Assembly: GCA_002269645.1 (NCBI GenBank)
Contig: NIVC01003555.1
Location: 27,656 to 91,655, forward strand
Direction: 5' to 3'
From: Macrostomum lignano
Lineage: Eukaryota
DNA length: 64,000 nt
A program made the translations under genes and the position numbers. Numbering within the stretch: the first letter of the stretch is position 1; each line of letters opens with the position of its first letter. Below are positions 49,882 to 62,300 of this stretch, in pieces. The notes below the pieces were generated by a model that saw only the letters and a program-made list of their open reading frames with translations, searched no databases and was not told where the DNA came from.

Positions 49882-52800
49882 TAGTTGTTTGACAAGACAA
49901 ATACAAATGTAGCTTTTACTCGCACTACCCGCTTTTCTGATTCTTGCAAGACGCAAACGAAATCAGCACTCATCACAGTGTTGTCTATGGTCAATCTAAG
50001 ACACATCTCACTCGTCTATGGGTAAAATAACTTGAAGCGTGATAAAAAAGTGTGGAATAATGACCGCTTCCAGCACGCTGAAATAATGGCCGCCAGACTA
50101 CGCTATGCCGAAATAATGGCCTCTGTGTGTCTTATAGACAATGGCGTTGCGTCGTATATGACAATCTACCATTGCTAAACACTTTTAGCAGTGTGACACC
50201 CATGAATTTGATGTTTAGCTGGCCACAGACATTGAAGTATTCAGACCAATTGTATCAGATTCGCCATAGACATTAAAGTGTTCAGATCAATTATCAGATT
50301 CACTCTCGCTCGTAGATTCCTACATCCATGCTCTAGCTGTTGTTATTTGTAGCTGGTACTTTATACTTTATCATCCGATAAACGTTGGATAACAAAAAAC
50401 ATGGCACCAATTTTACCTGTTATAAATTGGAAACGTCTGCCCGTGGACGCACTTGATGGAGTCAAGACTGACGAGCATCATGTGCATTACTGACCAAAAG
50501 ACCGAACGGACTGTTTGATGATACCTCTTAAGGAAAAGAGATCCTGCTGTTTGTCAAGCATCGACTGCTGTAAGCGCTGCCTTAGAGCGACCAATCGGGG
50601 AAGGTCTGTAAAAACTGTAGCCTTGAACAGCAGAGCAGTAGAAAAGAAAACAAGTGAGCAGACTCGGCGAAGTGACTCCGAGTCAAGACGTGCATCTTTC
50701 AGCAGTTAGGATAAACTGCAATCTTATTATTTTTAGGATGTACCTCCAGTGTTTTTCTCATAACTTTTGGATTTTTCAGCTATATCAGATAAATGGTATA
50801 TATTTCCCATTTATTTTGTTGTGTAGCGGGCAAAGGCTCGTGTGCCTTTGACCTTAGACAACACAATAAATCGGAAATATGGTATGTATCTCCCACTATA
50901 TGGCTAAAGAACGTAAAACTATAATTAAAAACGTACTTTAATATTTTTAAACTTAAATCAAGTCAAAGCTGTAGTCTATGGCTAAGCATTTAAACAAGGT
51001 ACAGGCTGAAACCACATAATGACTAAGAAAATAAAATAAGTAAGAGCAAGCGAAGAAGCGAATAATTATAAATATATAGATTTTCACGACATGACTAGCG
51101 AACGGTTTGAAAGTCTGACGGACGTTGAAGTAGACGCCTTGATTCAAAGTACTCTTCCGCCAAACACAATAAGAAAGTGTGAGTGGATGATCGCTACATT
51201 TCGTGAATGGCATCAGTTCAAGAAGAACCAGTGGGCTACATCAGGCGGACCATCTTTAGTGGTATTAAAGGAGATCGAGGAATTCACTAAGAACGATTTT
51301 AACTACTTGTTGAAGATGTTTATTCTAGAGGTGAGAACGAAATGGAATGAAAGATATTAGGCCGGCACATTAACCGGCAGAAGACGGATGGCACGATTTC
51401 GTGCCATAAAGTAATCATAGTTATTGACGGAACCGAATCTTAGTGTCTAGGGCAATCGTAGATTGCAGAATTTAATACCCCCGTTGCCGACTGACATGGC
51501 TCAAAAACGTGCCACGTCCGTTTTAGTTGGAAAGCTGCTTATTTTCCTATAGGTTAGGTGGCACTGTCTATGGCAATCATCACAGATCAAGAATAGGACC
51601 AGGACCAAATGCACACCTGCGTATATTAAAAACGAATATTAGTATTTGAAGTAGTTAGTACATTTGTATCTTATGCGTAGTATAGTATAACACGAACGTA
51701 GATCATGCTTTCTGTATTGATAACACAAACTAACGCAAAAAGCATTAGTTTTTAGGAAGACTTTAGGAAGGCTCCACGTCGCCTAGCATCACCGGTATCC
51801 TCAACCAATATTTTAATAGCCTGTCTCAAGAACTGCAGAAAAGTCTTGCTGCCACCTGCCTGTTGGTAGACAATCCAAGCGTTGCGAACGAGCAGCAGGA
51901 TCAGGTGAAACCCGAGTTTGTGGAACCACCGGATGCTTTTTCGATTGGCCAAGTACGGGTGTAGAGCGGAATCCATGTGGTCGACGCCACCCATGCTGTT
52001 AGAGTACGAGAGCACGCTAGTCGGTTTGGTGACGATCTGAACGCCGCCGCCACGACGAGTGCGCTGAACTTGCCTACATTCGGCCGATCCAGCGGTGTCC
52101 AATACGAAAACAGTCTTGACGCCACTCTGTTTCCTGTCAACAAACTTGCAGGCAAGCACATTTCCAGAGCGTGCAATGGCGGAAGAAGTTGGCTGCAGAT
52201 TTACAGCCTGCAGCAGGTTTGGGATGCCGCGGTTTTTGCGCACTGTGTCAGTGAGAAGAACATTCCGTTGCAGCAGCCACGTAGCAAGTCTGTGCGAAGT
52301 GAACCAACTGTCTGTGAAAATATGGTAGCCTAGGTAAAGCAAATTGCGGCACAACTCAGCCACAACTCTCTCACTCATGGACAAATTTTGACAGCCCAGT
52401 CCATCACCGAACAATTGGTTGGCTTCAGTTGATGTATGGATTTCAAAATTCCACAGGTAGGTCATGTCGGACTCACAAAGGCAGTACATCTTGATTCCGT
52501 ACTTACTGCTCTTCGTTGGGATGTACTGCTTGAACAACAGTCTTCCCTTGTACAGCACGAGACTTTCGTCAATCGAGAGCCGCTGACGAGGCATAGTTGT
52601 TGCTGCACAGCTGCTTAGCCTGTTGCAGAAAAGGCTGCGTCTTAGCCAAGGGACCCCCGTGCAGAGCCTCAGTGCAATCGTAAAAGCGAAAACAGGACAA
52701 GATCTGCTTGAACCTGTCTCTAGGAAGAGAACAAGGCTCAGCAAGAAATGCACAGTGATAAGCCGGATCTTGCGACCAATAGCTCGATATTTCAGGCTTC

Positions 52801-54411
52801 TTGTCCAGTCCCATCAGCAAAACAATTCCGATCAATTTTCTTACTTCATTAACCGTGCAGTCCTTCCAGTTCAGCACAAAATTTGGGACTGCTCCACCGT
52901 CAAAGTTATCCTCATAGGTCTTCCAAACCTTTGCGTTTGTCCAGTTCTTGATGTTCTCCATCAACCCGTCCGTCAAATACGAGGGCTGAGCAATAAGTTT
53001 CCGGATGTGCATAGTTGAGAGGCGGCTGACAAAATCTGACAAAATCAGATTCTGAAATCTGAAACTATTGCTCAGCCCTCGTACAGCTTGATAAAATCAC
53101 TCTCGTTTCCGTCGGCGATCTCAGGAAGCTGCAAATCGGGCCTGACTCCTGGTACTCCGAGGAACTCAGGCAGAGGTGCTGGCCTGGCATCAGCGCCATC
53201 TTCAACAAGATGCCACTGTTCTCCTACAAGTGACTCATCCTGCCCTTCTTCTTGGTCACTATGGGGATTTTCAACTTTGGATCCGTCAATTGACTCATCA
53301 TCAGCAGTGAACCAGCTCACTCCGAGTCTCCGTCAAAGTCTAACGCCATGTAATGATTCTCAGGAGCGAAATGCTTGGTGCTTTGGGTAGACAGAGGATC
53401 CAATTTTATAATAAGACTGTTTCTGTATTTCTGAAGCAGGTCCTTGGCAGAACTATTATGAGCACGACAGTGATTTCAATAAAAATCTATGGCCGAAAAT
53501 AGTGCCCTTTCCATATTTCCCTGTAAGGTTTTCTCATGAATGAAAGACATGCAGCCATAGCATTTGGTCCCCAGCCATAGACAAATTATCTTTTGGTTAA
53601 GCGGCTTTGTTACATACGGGTATACTTGTGGAGCTAGCTGCCGTCTGGAACGGGGGTAGAAATTCTGACACTCATGCACTTGGCACGAAATCGTGCCAGC
53701 CAGCCGTCGGCAAAGGGTGTGACGCATTTTTTGGTTCGTCGCGTAGAGGTTAAAGGACTTTTTTCAATGCTCCAATATCACATGCGAAACGTGGTCGGCA
53801 ACAATGGTGCTTATGGACTGATGTCGAGTTCACCGAAAGCAGAAAGGCTTTAGACTCAGCAATGAAATTCGCAGAAGGTCACGACGGAGTCAGTGGCTGA
53901 AACTAGGGTGCAGCGAGATGCGGATATTCCTACTAGAAAGAAGATGCGGATTAATGTCAACGGTGAGACCAACAGTGTAGTTATTAGTTTCGAGTAATTA
54001 TCCTATAATAACATTTAATATCATTCTTCAAATCAATAGTAACTTAACATTAACTTTTTTGTTTTGTAACTTTTTTGTAAGTAGACACATTCGGGACATG
54101 CCCCCAAATTTTTGGCGCGCGCTAAAATAAAAAGAAGTGACCCGGCGCTCGCCAGACAATCGTCGCTGATTATTTATCCATTATTCCACGCTTTTGCGGC
54201 CATTATTACACGCTTTTGTCACTGTCATTATTCCACGCTTTTATCATGCTTCAATTGGCTGTTTCAAGAGTTGTTTTACCCATAGACCACTGAGATGTGT
54301 CTCAGTTTGACCATAGACACACTGTGATGAGTGCTGATTTCGCTTGCGTCTTGCAAGAAATCAGAAAAGCGAATAGAGCGAGAAAAAGCTTTTTGACTTG
54401 TCAAACAACTA
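49882..54411 (+). mobile_element. TIR-bounded element carrying a decayed Crypton/DUF3504-type tyrosine-recombinase ORF (fragments 51091-51373 and 53754-about 53960)
   Basis: About 190-bp imperfect inverted repeats starting TAGTTGTTTGACAAG at 49882 and ending CTTGTCAAACAACTA at 54411. ORF fragments RFESLTDVEVDALIQSTLPPNTIRKCEWMIATFREW...FNYLLKMFILEVRTK and WTDVEFTESRKALDSAMK match the N-terminal pattern of DUF3504/Crypton proteins. Confidence 0.65.
51374..53749 (-). mobile_element. piggyBac (PGBD4-like) transposon, frameshifted
   Basis: TTAA at 51370-51373 and 53750-53753; inverted subterminal TGGCACGATTTCGTGCCA at 51389 and 53681. Transposase motifs RDRF, SIDES, KYGIK, FTDSWFTS, GTVRKNR-like (DTVRKNRG), MGGVD, RWFHKL across three broken frames. 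Confidence 0.92.
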
Positions 54412-55710
54412 TGGCTGGTGCATCTCGTCAAACAGCCGCGCTTATTAATCGGAAAAATCTAAACGACTGAACGAACCGTGCGGCGCTACCTAGGAAGAAA
54501 ACGCGACCATGCAAGTCTTCAACGCCTCGACGGCTATAAACGATGCCTCAAAGCGGCCAATCGATTTAGTCGAGCAGCCGACAGTCCTAAAGAATCCCAG
54601 CTTGGATACTGCGGTACCAAAGAAGCTCATCAGAAGAACTGTCACTGCAAGCCAAGACGTTTATCTTTCAAATGGTAAGTTTTTGCAACTATACTTGAGC
54701 ACCCGTATTTCTCTTTTTTAGAAAACATTCAAAATAGACCAACTACTTTTGGAGTGCCAAATCATCAGGCTAAAGTGTCGAGCATCTTTGGGAACTGCGG
54801 CTTTGAGAACTGCATGTTTCACTTTGGGTGATAAATTGATTTTCAAATTTTCAAATTTCGACTACAAACTGATAAACTGCACTAGGTGTGGCATTAATAA
54901 TGAACTCTTTTCGTGTAGCTGGTACTTTAGTTTTAATGATTTTTTTTCCTTTTTGTTCATTTACTCCTTGCTGTTCTGTATTATTTATTCACAAAAATAC
55001 TGTGCGATGGATTTTTTCAATCCAAATGTCTATGGTACACATCAAAACTGTGGAATAATGGCCAAAATATTTTGTAATTATTGCGTCTGGGTAAAGATAT
55101 AATTACAATGTAACGATATATACTGATTTTTTCGCCAGCAATTGCGTAAGCTGAAGCCGCGTAGCGTAGCGGCTGAAGCTTAGGAAAGCAATTGCTGCCG
55201 TGAAATAATCTGTCTATGTCGTTATTGTATCATTTTGGAGGGGTTTTTTGGGGTCTACCTACTAAGCCCGATAGTTGCACGCTTCGATTGTCTATGGTGT
55301 AACTTCGGTCAAAACGTTATATTTCGTAATTTCACAGAGCGTGAATACCAGGTTGATTACACCTTTACTCGTTCAATTTCAACAAAACAACAGTTCTGTT
55401 TAGACAAGACGATATTCTATTTAGACACTATGGTTTGAAGCACAGTTCCAATTGCATTCAAATTAGACCAGCTTAAGTTCTTAGCCAGTGAATATTCAGT
55501 TTAGACACAAACTTAAATTTTAGTTTCGGTCTATGGTTATAAGCTACTGCTTGCAAACAAACTTCATTCAATTTAGACAAGCAACATTCTATTTCGTCAC
55601 AAGGAAAGGGCCGGACTGGCTAAAAACGTGTACGAGCCTAAAACTCTGTCGCTTCTTCCAAACCACCATTTGAGTCGTCTTTTACTGTTTTTTATTTAAA
55701 ACCATATGAA

Positions 55711-55713
<3 letters not shown>

Positions 55714-55751
<38 letters not shown>

Positions 55752-55814
55752 TTCAGAACAAGAGAGCAAGAGTAAGAGAGAATAAGACAGACAGACAGAC
55801 AGACAGACAGACAG
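55714..55814. repeat. (AG)n plus (GACA)n microsatellites
   Basis: Direct inspection. Confidence 0.9.
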
Positions 55815-56924
55815 CCAGAGAGTCTCGTGGGCATCCAGAAAGTCGTGCTTGATCCTCGTTGAATATTCTCCTATGAAGGGCCCTCGTCGGTCTTGTTCTT
55901 CTTCAACCCCTTCTTCTTCTTCTTCTTCAATCGTTTTGTCGCCTTGCGGCGTAGGTAACCCCTTCTTCTACATCACCGAGCTCTTCTTCGTCTTCTTCTC
56001 CAATCTCTTCGATAATCTCCTCTTCATCTTCTACATGTACCAAAGCGGCCATCTTTTTCTTATAAAATGTGCGAAGTAGATTTTTAAGTGTGCACTTTTC
56101 AAGTTACCTTTGGAAAAGTTAGGAGAGGGAGAGTGAGCCTGTGCTTGGTGTCTAAAGTGAATGTTGGCTTTTTAAATTGAATGTGCCAGCACCCCCATAG
56201 CACCCCCGTGCAGACGTTTTATTCCCCCCACAAATAGGGACATCAACTCGCCCCACTCGTATGGCTCTTCAGCTGAGGAAATAAGAAAGAAATCGGCTGG
56301 CTCGAGATCTCTCGAGTGCGGATCGTGAATTGACTCAAAGCGATATTGTAAAAGGATTGCTCGACACTAACCTGATAGGCAATTTCGCGTTCATCGCATT
56401 CAATGCGTTGCAGAAATCAATTAACGCATCCATTGGAAATGACGCAGGGCGCATCGTAGTTGAAATTTGGTTTTTTTAGAGTTTGGAGTTGACGTGGCAA
56501 TTCTCTCCTCCCATATTACTCCTCTCTCCAAGCCTTCCCGACATTGTTGCTTTACGAGCGTATAGCAAGGGTTGGCGTTCAATTGCCCAGACAGCAGACC
56601 ATGCAAAACAATGAAACCTTCGAGGTCATTCTGTCTGGACAGCCAGCTACGAGCCATTTGCCAAGCGACTCAAGATTATTGTCGATAAATTTATACCATG
56701 CGACGACATACTGAAGTTAGAAAATTTTAAAATTTAACGTTTCAGCGTCTACTTAAGGAGTCTAGAAGGGTAAATAATAAATAATAGCGTCTGCCCTCTG
56801 TCCGCCAGTCTGTTTGTGCTTCGCATTGGCAAAAATTACTGGAGAACATTCAGCAGTCTGCAACGCCCCCACATATCTCGACTGCTTCTTCCGATGTGAT
56901 GTAATCTGATGTGACTGGCTTTGA

Positions 56925-59092
56925 ATCTAATGAGACTGACTATCAATCTAATGAGACTGGCTATCAATCTAATGAGACTGGCTATCAATCTAATGAGACT
57001 GGCTATCAATCTAATGAGACTGAGACTGGCTATCAATCTAATGAGACTGGCTATCAATCTAATGAGACTGGCTATCAATCTAATGAGACTGGCTATCAAT
57101 CTAATGAGACTGGCTATCAATCTAATGAGACTGGCTATCAATCTAATGAGACTGGCTATCAATCTAATGAGACTGGCTATCAATCTAATGAGACTGGCTA
57201 TCAATCTAATGAGACTGGCTATCAATCTAATGAGACTGGCTATCAATCTAATGAGACTGGCTACCAATCTAATGAGACTGGCTATCAATCTAATGAGACT
57301 GGCTATCAATCTAATGAGACTGGCTATCAATCTAATGAGACTGGCTATCAATCTAATGAGACTGGCTATCAATCTAATGAGACTGGCTATCAATCTAATG
57401 AGACTGGCTATCAATCTAATGAGACTGGCTATCAATCTAATGAGACTGGCTATCAATCTAATGAGACTGGCTATCAATCTAATGAGACTGGCTATCAATC
57501 TAATGAGACTGGCTATCAATCTAATGAGACTGGCTATCAATCTAATGAGACTGGCTATCAATCTAATGAGACTGGCTATCAATCTAATGAGACTGGCTAT
57601 CAATCTAATGAGACTGGCTATCAATCTAATGAGACTGGCTATCAAACTAATGTAATGAGACTGGCTATCAATCTTATCTAATGAAACTGGCTATCAAACT
57701 AATGTAATGAGACTGGCTATCAATCTTATCTCATGAGACTGGCTATCAATCTAATGAGACTGGCTATCAATCTAATGAGACTGGCTATCAATCTAATGAG
57801 ACTGGCTATCAATCTAATGAGACTGGCTATCAATCTAATGAGACTGGCTATCAATCTAATGAGACTGGCTATCAATCTAATGAGACTGGCTATCAATCTA
57901 ATGAGACTGGCTATCAATCTAATGAGACTGGCTATCAATCTAATGAGACTGGCTATCAAACTAATGTAATGAGACTGGCTATCAATCTTATCTAATGAAA
58001 CTGGCTATCAAACTAATGTAATGAGACTGGCTATCAATCTTATCTAATGAAACTGGCTATCAAACTAATGTAATGAGACTGGCTATCAATCTTATCTCAT
58101 GAGACTGGCTATCAATCTAATGAGACTGGCTATCAATCTAATGAGACTGGCTATCAATCTAATGAGACTGGCTATCAATCTAATGAGACTGGCTATCAAT
58201 CTAATGAGACTGGCTATGAATCTAATGAGACTGGCTATCAATCTAATGAGACTGGCTATCAATCTAATGAGACTGGCTATCAATCTAATGAGACTGACTA
58301 TCAATCTAATGAGACTGGCTATCAATCTAATGAGACTGGCTATCAATCTAATGAGACTGACTATCAATCTAATGAGACTGGCTATCAATCTAATGAGACT
58401 GGCTATCAATCTAATGAGACTAGCTATCAATCCTATCTAATGAGACTGGCTATCAATCTTATCTAATGAGACTGGCTATCAATCTTATCTAATAAGACTG
58501 GCTATCAATCTTATCTAATGAGACTGGCTATCAATCTAATGAGACTGGCTATCAATCTAATGAGACTGGCTATCAATCTTATCTAATGAGACTGGCTATC
58601 AATCTTATCTAATAAGACTGGCTATCAATCTTATCTAATGAGACTGGCTATCAATCTAATGAGACTGGCTATCAATCTAATGAGACTGGCTATCAATCTT
58701 ATCTAATGAGACTGGCTATCAATCTTATCTAATGAGACTGGCTATCAATCTTATGTAATGAGACTGGCTATCAATCTAATGAGACTGGCTATCAATCTAA
58801 TGAGACTGGCTATCAATCTAATGAGACTGAGACTGGCTATCAATCTAATGAGACTGGCTATCAATCTAATGAGACTGGCTATGAATCTAATGAGACTGGC
58901 TATCAATCTAATGAGACTGGCTATCAATCTAATGAGACTGGCTATCAATCTAATGAGACTGGCTATCAATCTAATGAGACTGGCTATCAATCTAATGAGA
59001 CTGGCTATCAATCTAATGAGACTGGCTATCAATCTAATGAGAATGACTATCAATCTAATGAGAATGGCTATCAATCTAATGAGACTGGCTAT
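56925..59092. repeat. 21-bp minisatellite (AATGAGACTGGCTATCAATCT), about 100 copies
   Basis: Tandem array with interspersed variants that change the length by non-multiples of 3; ends about 110 bp upstream of the paralog B TATA box. Confidence 0.98.
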
Positions 59093-59195
59093 TCGAATAA
59101 TTATCGAGCGCAACTCGTCTGGCCCTGCCAGTTGGTGGGCACGCATGTCGTAGTGCACAGTGGGCAGCACAGGGATTGGCTCCAGGGTCAGGTCC

Positions 59196-59245
59196 ACTAT
59201 ACTGCTATAAATATACTGCCGCCCCAGTCCGCGAGCTTCTCCGAT
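59196..59245 (+). promoter_or_regulatory. Putative core promoter of paralog B (TATAAATA at 59206), conserved with paralog A at about 39045-39095
   Basis: Shared block CTATACTGCTATAA(A/C)TAT(A/G)CTGCCGCCCC..AGTCCGCGAGCTTCTCCGA about 150 bp upstream of both ATGs. Confidence 0.55.
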
Positions 59246-59357
59246 TTCCAGACACACGCTTGTCAAGCTTGCTGTGGAGAATATTGTGCAAGTTCGCACT
59301 TTGTCGCTGAACAATCAACAACCGCAGGCTATTCTTTTTATTTGGTCAAGCAAGAGA

Positions 59358-62300
59358 ATGCCGCTGAAGGGCAGAGCAGCTGCAGTGAACAGCTTGTTGC
59401 TGCTCGTTTTGCTTCTGGTTGGCACTCGCTGCCAAGCCAGACCAGTTCCAGGATCAGGTGAGTATAAGCAGGCTTGGCTTGACTGACTACTCTATGTAGC
59501 AAACAGAGTAACTAATATTGTGCTTGCATAGCAACACTTGATTACCGTACACTCGAAGGACCTCCTTTGAAACCCGCAACATTACAGAGTCTGATGATGA
59601 CCACGAGGAACTTTTTCCAGAAGAGGAAGAAGAGGAAGAAGAAGAAGAGCCTTCTACAGGTGAAGAAGGTGACGAGAGGCATGGAGGAGGAAGTGTCGAA
59701 GTGAGTAACGGGTTTTCCACTGCTTAGCTCGTACTATTAAAGATGAAACTGGGTACTCTGTCCTAATAACAGCGGAATAATTGAAACGCTTCAGTTCTGC
59801 AACAGCTCAAAACCAGCCGAGATGAAACCTCAAAAGACTTCCTAAAAGGTAAATGCAACAAATATGTCACAAAAAACAACCATTCAACACGCTCGAAGCG
59901 CCATTTATAGGCTGAAAGAAAAGCGCAAAACTACATTCAAAACGCAAAGGTTATGTAAGGCCACTAATCTAATGGGACATGGCGACATTTCTGACACACT
60001 TTAGCATGAAATTGATCAAGAAGTTTGACTGTTTCAGAGAAGAACAAGAAGAGGATGATTGTAGGCGGCTCCGAGAGCTCCCTGCCGCCTCAGTTTAGAA
60101 GTGAGTATCAGCGGCACGACTCACAATGGCGACATTTCTGACACACTTTAGCATGAAATTTATCAAGAAGTTTGACTGTTTCAGAGAAGAACAAGAAGAG
60201 GATGATTGTAGGCGGCTCCGAGAGCTCCCTGCCGCCTCAGTTCAGAAGTAAGTATCAGCGCCATGACTCACAATGGCGACATTTCTGACACACTTTAGCA
60301 TGAAATTGATCAAGAAGTTTGACTGTTTCAGAGAAGAACAAGAGGATGATTGTAGGCGGCTCCGAGAGCTCCCTAACGCCTCAGTTTAGAAGTGAGTATC
60401 AGCGCCATGACTCACAATGGCGACATTTCTGACACACTTTAGCATGAAATTGATCAACAAGTTTGACTGTTTCAGAGAAGAACAAGAAGAGGATGATTGT
60501 AGGCGGCTCCGAGAGCTCCCTGCCGCCTCAGTTTAGAAGTGAGTATCAGCGCCATGACTCACAATGGCGACATTTCTGACACACTTTAGCATGAAATTGA
60601 TCAACAAGTTTGACTGTTTCAGAGAAGAACAAGAAGAGGATGATTGTAGGCGGCTCCGAGAGCTCCCTGCCGCCTCAGTTTAGAAGTGAGTATCAGCGCC
60701 ATGACTCACAATGGCGACATTTCTGACACACTTTAGCATGAAATTGATCAAGAAGTTTGACTGTTTCAGAGAAGAACAAGAAGAGGATGATTGTAGGCGG
60801 CTCCGAGAGCTCCCTGCCGCCTCAGTTTAGAAGTGAGTATCAGCGCCACGACTCACAATGGCGACATTTCTGACACACTTTAGCATGCAATTGTTCAAGA
60901 AGTTTGACTGTTTCAGAGAAGAACAAGAAGAGGATGATTGTAGGCGGCTCCGAGAGCTCCCTGCCGCCTCAGTTCAGAAGTGAGTATCAGCGCCATGACT
61001 CACAATGGCGACATTTCTGACACACTTTAGCATGAAATTGATCAAGAAGTTTGACTGTTTCAGAGAAGAACAAGAAGAGGATGATTGTAGGCGGCTCCGA
61101 GAGCTCCCTGCCGCCTCAGTTCAGAAGTGAGTATCAGCGCCATGACTCACAATGGCGACATTTCTGACACACTTTAGCATGAATTGTTCAAGAAGTTTGA
61201 CTGTTTCAGAGAAGAACAAGAAGAGGATGATTGTAGGCGACTCCGAGAGCTCCCTGCCGCCTCAGTTCAGAAGTGAGTATCAGCGCCATGACTCACAATG
61301 GCGACATTTCTGACACACTTTAGCATGCAATTGATCAAGAAGTTTGACTGTTTCAGAGAAGAACAAGAAGAGGATGATTGTAGGCGGCTCCGAGAGCTCC
61401 CTGCCGCCTCAGTTTAGAAGTGAGTATCAGCGCCATGACTCACAATGGCGACATTTCTGACACACTTTAGCATGAAATTGATCAAGAAGTTTGACTGTTT
61501 CAGAGAAGAACAAGAAGAGGATGATTGTAGGCGGCTCCGAGAGCTCCCTACCGCCTCAGTTCAGAAGTGAGTATCAGCGCCATGACTCACAATGGCGACA
61601 TTTCTGACACACTTTAGCATGAAATTGATCAAGAAGTTTGACTGTTTCAGAGAAGAACAAGAAGAGGATGATTGTAGGCGGCTCCGAGAGCTCCCTGCCG
61701 CCTCAGTTCAGAAGTGAGTATCAGCGCCATGACTCACAATGGCGACATTTCTGACACACTTTAGCATGAAATTGATCAACAAGTTTGACTGTTTCAGAGA
61801 AGAATAAGAAAAGGATGATTGTAGGCGGCTCCGAGAGCTCCCTGCCGCCTCAGTTTAGAAGTGAGTATCAGCGCCACGACTCACAATGGCGACATTTCTG
61901 ACACACTTTAGCATGCAATTGTTCAAGAAGTTTGACTGTTTCAGAGAAGAACAAGAAGAGGATGATTGTAGGCGACTCCGAGAGCTCCCTGCCGCCTCAG
62001 TTCAGAAGTGAGTATCAGCGCCATGACTCACAATGGCGACATTTCTGACACACTTTAGCATGCAATTGATCAAGAAGTTTGACTGTTTCAGAGAAGAACA
62101 AGAAGAGGATGATTGTAGGCGGCTCCGAGAGCTCCCTGCCGCCTCAGTTTAGAAGTGAGTATCAGCGCCATGACTCACAATGGCGACATTTCTGACACAC
62201 TTTAGCATGAATTTATCAAGAAGTTTGACTGTTTCAGAGAAGAACAAGAAGAGGATGATTGTAGGCGGCTCCGAGAGCTCCCTACCGCCTCAGTTCAGAA

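Noticed and set aside
55820-56060. Acidic minus-strand ORF (MAALVHVEDEEEIIEE...)
   Set aside because: Frameshifted, low complexity, no recognisable domain; possibly a transposon fragment.
56836-59153. Long ORFs over the 21-bp array (GYQSNET, LIRLIAS, LMRLAIN repeats)
   Set aside because: Several frames on both strands are open by chance of the unit; frame-breaking variants are common; no splice or start context.
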